This document shows, piece by piece, positions 61,224-64,000 of a DNA stretch of 64,000 bases. The notes beneath the pieces were generated by a model. The model saw only the letters and a list, made by a program, of their open reading frames with translations, made no database searches and was not told the origin of the DNA. Position 1 is the stretch's first letter. Each line of letters starts with the position of its first letter. Source of the stretch: Hypanus sabinus (taxonomy: Eukaryota); NCBI RefSeq assembly GCF_030144855.1, contig NC_082710.1, positions 171,802,001 to 171,866,000 of the forward strand, read 5' to 3'. The translations under genes and the position numbers were made by a program.

Positions 61224-62940
61224 CAATAGACAATAGACAATAGACAATAGATGCAGAAGTAGACCATTCGGCCCCTCGAGTCTGCACCGCCATTCTGAGA
61301 TCATGGCTGATCATTCACTATCAATAACCAGTCCCTGCCTTGTCCCCATATCCCTTGATTTCCCTATCCATCAGATATCTATCTAGCTCTTTCTTGAAAG
61401 CATCCAGAGAATTGGCCTCCACCGTCTTCCGAGGCAGTGCATTCCACACCTCCATAACTCTCTGGGAGAAGAAGCTCTTCCTCAACTCTGTTTCAAATAA
61501 CTGACCTCTTATTCTCAATACATGCCCTCTGGTACTGGACTCTCCCAACATCTGGAACATATTTCCTGCCTCAATCCTATCAAATCCTTTAATTATCTTA
61601 AACGTTTCAATCAGATCCCCTCTCAATCTCCTCAATTCCAGCGTGTACAAGCCCAATCTCTCCAATCTCTCTGTGTAAGACAGCCCTGCCATCCCAGGAA
61701 TCAACCTAGTGAATCTACGCTGCACTTCCTCAATTGCCAGAATGTCCTTCCTTAAACCTGGAGACCAAAACTGTACACAATATTCCAGGTGTGGTCTCAC
61801 CAGGGCCCCGTACAAATGCAAAAGGACATCCTTGCTCTTGTACTCAATTCCCCTTGTAACAAAGGCCAACATTCCATTTGCCCTCTTCACTGCCTGTTGC
61901 ACTTGCTCATTCACCTTCATTGACTGGTGGACTAGGACTCCTAAGTCTCTTTTCATTTCTCCCTTACCTAACTCTATACCGTTCAGACAATACTCTGCCC
62001 TCTTGTTCCTGCTTCCAAATTGGATAACTTCACATTTATTCACATTGAATGACATCTGCCAAGTATTTGCCCACTCACCCAGCCTATCCAAGTCTCCCTG
62101 TATTCTCCTAACGTCCTCTTCGCATGTTACACTGCCACCCAGTTTAGTATCGTCAGCAAACTTGTTGATATAGTTTTCAATGCCCTCATCTAAATCGTTG
62201 ACATAAATCGTAAAGAGCTGTGGTCCCAATACAGAGCCCTGTGGTACCCCACTAGTCACCTCCAGCCAGTCCGAGAAACACCCATTCACTGCTACCCTTT
62301 GCTTTATATCTGCCAACCAGTTTTCTATCCATGTTGAAACCCTGCCCCCAATGCCATGAGCTCTGATTTTACTCACCAATCTCCTATGTGGCACCTTATC
62401 GAAAGCCTTCTGAAAATCTAGGTACACACATCCACTGGCTTACCCTCGTCTAACATCCTTGTTACACCCTCAAAAAACTCCAACAGATTAGTCAAGCATG
62501 ATTTGCCCTTGGTAAATCCATGCTGGCTCGGCCTAATCCTATTTCTGCCATCTAGATGTGCCACTATTTCGTCCTTTATAATGGACTCAAGCATCTTCCC
62601 CACGACTGACGTTAGGCTAACAGGGCGATAGTTCTCCGTTTTCTCCTTCCTTCCCTTCTTGAAAAGTAGGTTAACATTAGCCACTCTCCATTCTTCAGGA
62701 ACTGATCCTGAATCTAAGGAACATTGGAAAATGATTACCAATGCATCCGCAATTTCCTGAGCCACCTCTTTTAGAACCCTCGGATGCAGACCATCTGGAC
62801 CCGGGGATTTATTAGCCTTCAGTCCTACCAGTCTACTCATCACAGTTTCTTTCCTAATGTCAATCTGTCTCAATTCCTCTGATATCTTATGACCCTGGCC
62901 CATCCATACATCTGCGAGATTGCTTGTGTCCTCCCTGGTG
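61224..62940 (-). mobile_element. Young 5'-truncated CR1 LINE (RT nearly intact, one frameshift near 62425)
   Basis: 368-aa ORF YLDFQKAFDKVPH...GVPQGSVLGP...KFADDTK; upstream 161-aa ORF NYRPVSLTS; (CAATAGA)n tail at 61224-61250; possible TSD TGAAGGA at 61212 and 62939. Confidence 0.92.
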
Positions 62941-63089
62941 AAGGACCTCGCTCAATGCATGCTCAATAGTTCAGGAGGACCTGGTCCTCCTGGCTCAATG
63001 TTCCTGTACTGTGTTTTGGTGTCCATGTTTCTGGCTGCGGTGAAGCAAGATCCTAGTCTCCTAGTCCAGGGTCTGCGACGATCCAGGTT

Positions 63090-63370
63090 CCACATTCCCG
63101 GCTGCAGCGATCCATGGATCCCAGTCTCCAAGTCCAAGGGACATGGCGTTCCCAGTCCCCAGGATCCCAGTCTCCAAGTCCAAGGGCCGTGGCGGTCCCA
63201 GTCCCCAGGGTCCCAGTCTCCAAGTCCAAGGGCCGTGGCGGTTCCAGTCCCCAGGGTCCCAGTCATGGCTGCGACGATCCAAGTTCCCACTGTCCAAGTC
63301 CAATCTCCGCGGCTGTCTATGTTCCCACTGTCCAAGTCATGCCGCGGCGATCCCAGTTCCCTGTTTCCAA
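63090..63370. repeat. GC-rich short-period minisatellite inside the LTR
   Basis: Repeated cccagtctccaagtccaaggg / cccagtccccaggg units. Confidence 0.85.
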
Positions 63371-64000
63371 GTTCCTAGTCCCCTAGTCCGAGGTTCGTGT
63401 TCCTCTTTGTCCTCCTTGGTTTCCCGATCTTCTGTGTAGCGAGTAATAAACGCTATTTTATTGTACCTAAGAAAGCCGTGTTTGTGTCCTGCGTGTGGGT
63501 CCTCTCCCAGCACCCTTGTCTCCACCTCGTGACACTTTTATATCAGCCAGTTTGTATAAAATTACACAGATGCTGGAAATGAAATAATAAAGAAAGAGGC
63601 ATGCTGACCACATTCAGTAAGGCAGGCAGCGTCAGTGAGAACACAGGATTATATTTCATTATATTGCATTTCATAGCAAAAGATATGCTTTGATTGTATT
63701 TAAAGCTGAATTGGAGATGTTGAAAACATCTGGTCTTCTGGCTTAAATTGTCCTGATATGAAATCAAATGTCGTCATTGCTCAATTTTCATGAATAATAT
63801 ATAGGCATTCTGTAGGCGTGGTGGCGAATAACAAAATTGCAGAAGAAAAATGCAACTTAATCGTGAAAAATAGCATGTTACTGATATTTGTAATAGGATA
63901 TGAGACTACACCTTAACGCTGCATCTGAAATTCTTTAATACATTATGTGACAGATTATTTTTCATACATTGTCACTATGTTCATTCATCAGCCATACCTG

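Larger units (their letters stand above)
60589..63534 (+). mobile_element. Solo LTR split by a nested CR1, in the predicted 3' UTR of gene B
   Basis: TATCATGG start (TG>TA) and ...CGTGACA end; TSD CTTTT at 60584-60588 and 63535-63539; empty site in gene A near 11010; AATAAA at 63445-63450. Confidence 0.8.
58875..64000 (+). repeat. Segmental paralogy with gene A: 58875-59630 matches 2870-3718; 59630-60588 matches 10084-11020; 63535-64000 matches 11010-11465
   Basis: Collinear exon and intron similarity read by eye; differs by one large insertion in each copy. Confidence 0.9.

Noticed and set aside
62920-63439. Overlapping Pro/Ser/Gly-rich ORFs on both strands (also 9126-9954)
   Set aside because: Stop-poor GC-rich LTR minisatellite sequence, not protein-like.

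Overview
Eukaryotic, repeat-dense DNA. The CR1/Rex1/Penelope families suggest a cartilaginous fish, probably a ray (inference). There is no bacterial, CRISPR or rRNA content; most ORFs in the supplied track are transposon debris or read through splice sites. The host content is a tandem pair of NCR3/NKp30-like immune receptor genes on the + strand, with transmembrane (TM) exons about 56 kb apart. Gene A shows only its TM exon (3404-3560) and last coding exon (10893-10923). Gene B is complete and unusual: one leader exon (CDS 39609-39648), five tandem phase-1/phase-1 VJ-type Ig exons (V1-V5, 42664-54302), one TM exon with an intramembrane Lys and a GC donor (59316-59472) and one short tail exon (60463-60493). 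The V array arose from a unit of up to about 3.7 kb that starts about 30 nt after the leader donor, so it copies only the ligand-binding exon. V4 has lost its acceptor and one Cys, V5 has lost the second Cys and gained CxxC, and V3 has a 6-aa deletion. The rest is nested TEs: solo LTRs with TSDs, a Nimb/I-clade LINE, Gmr1-like and sushi-like Gypsy elements, CR1, Rex1/Babar, L1 and Penelope fragments. There are two N-gaps. Family names come from motif recognition, not database searches, and TE boundaries are approximate unless a TSD is given.
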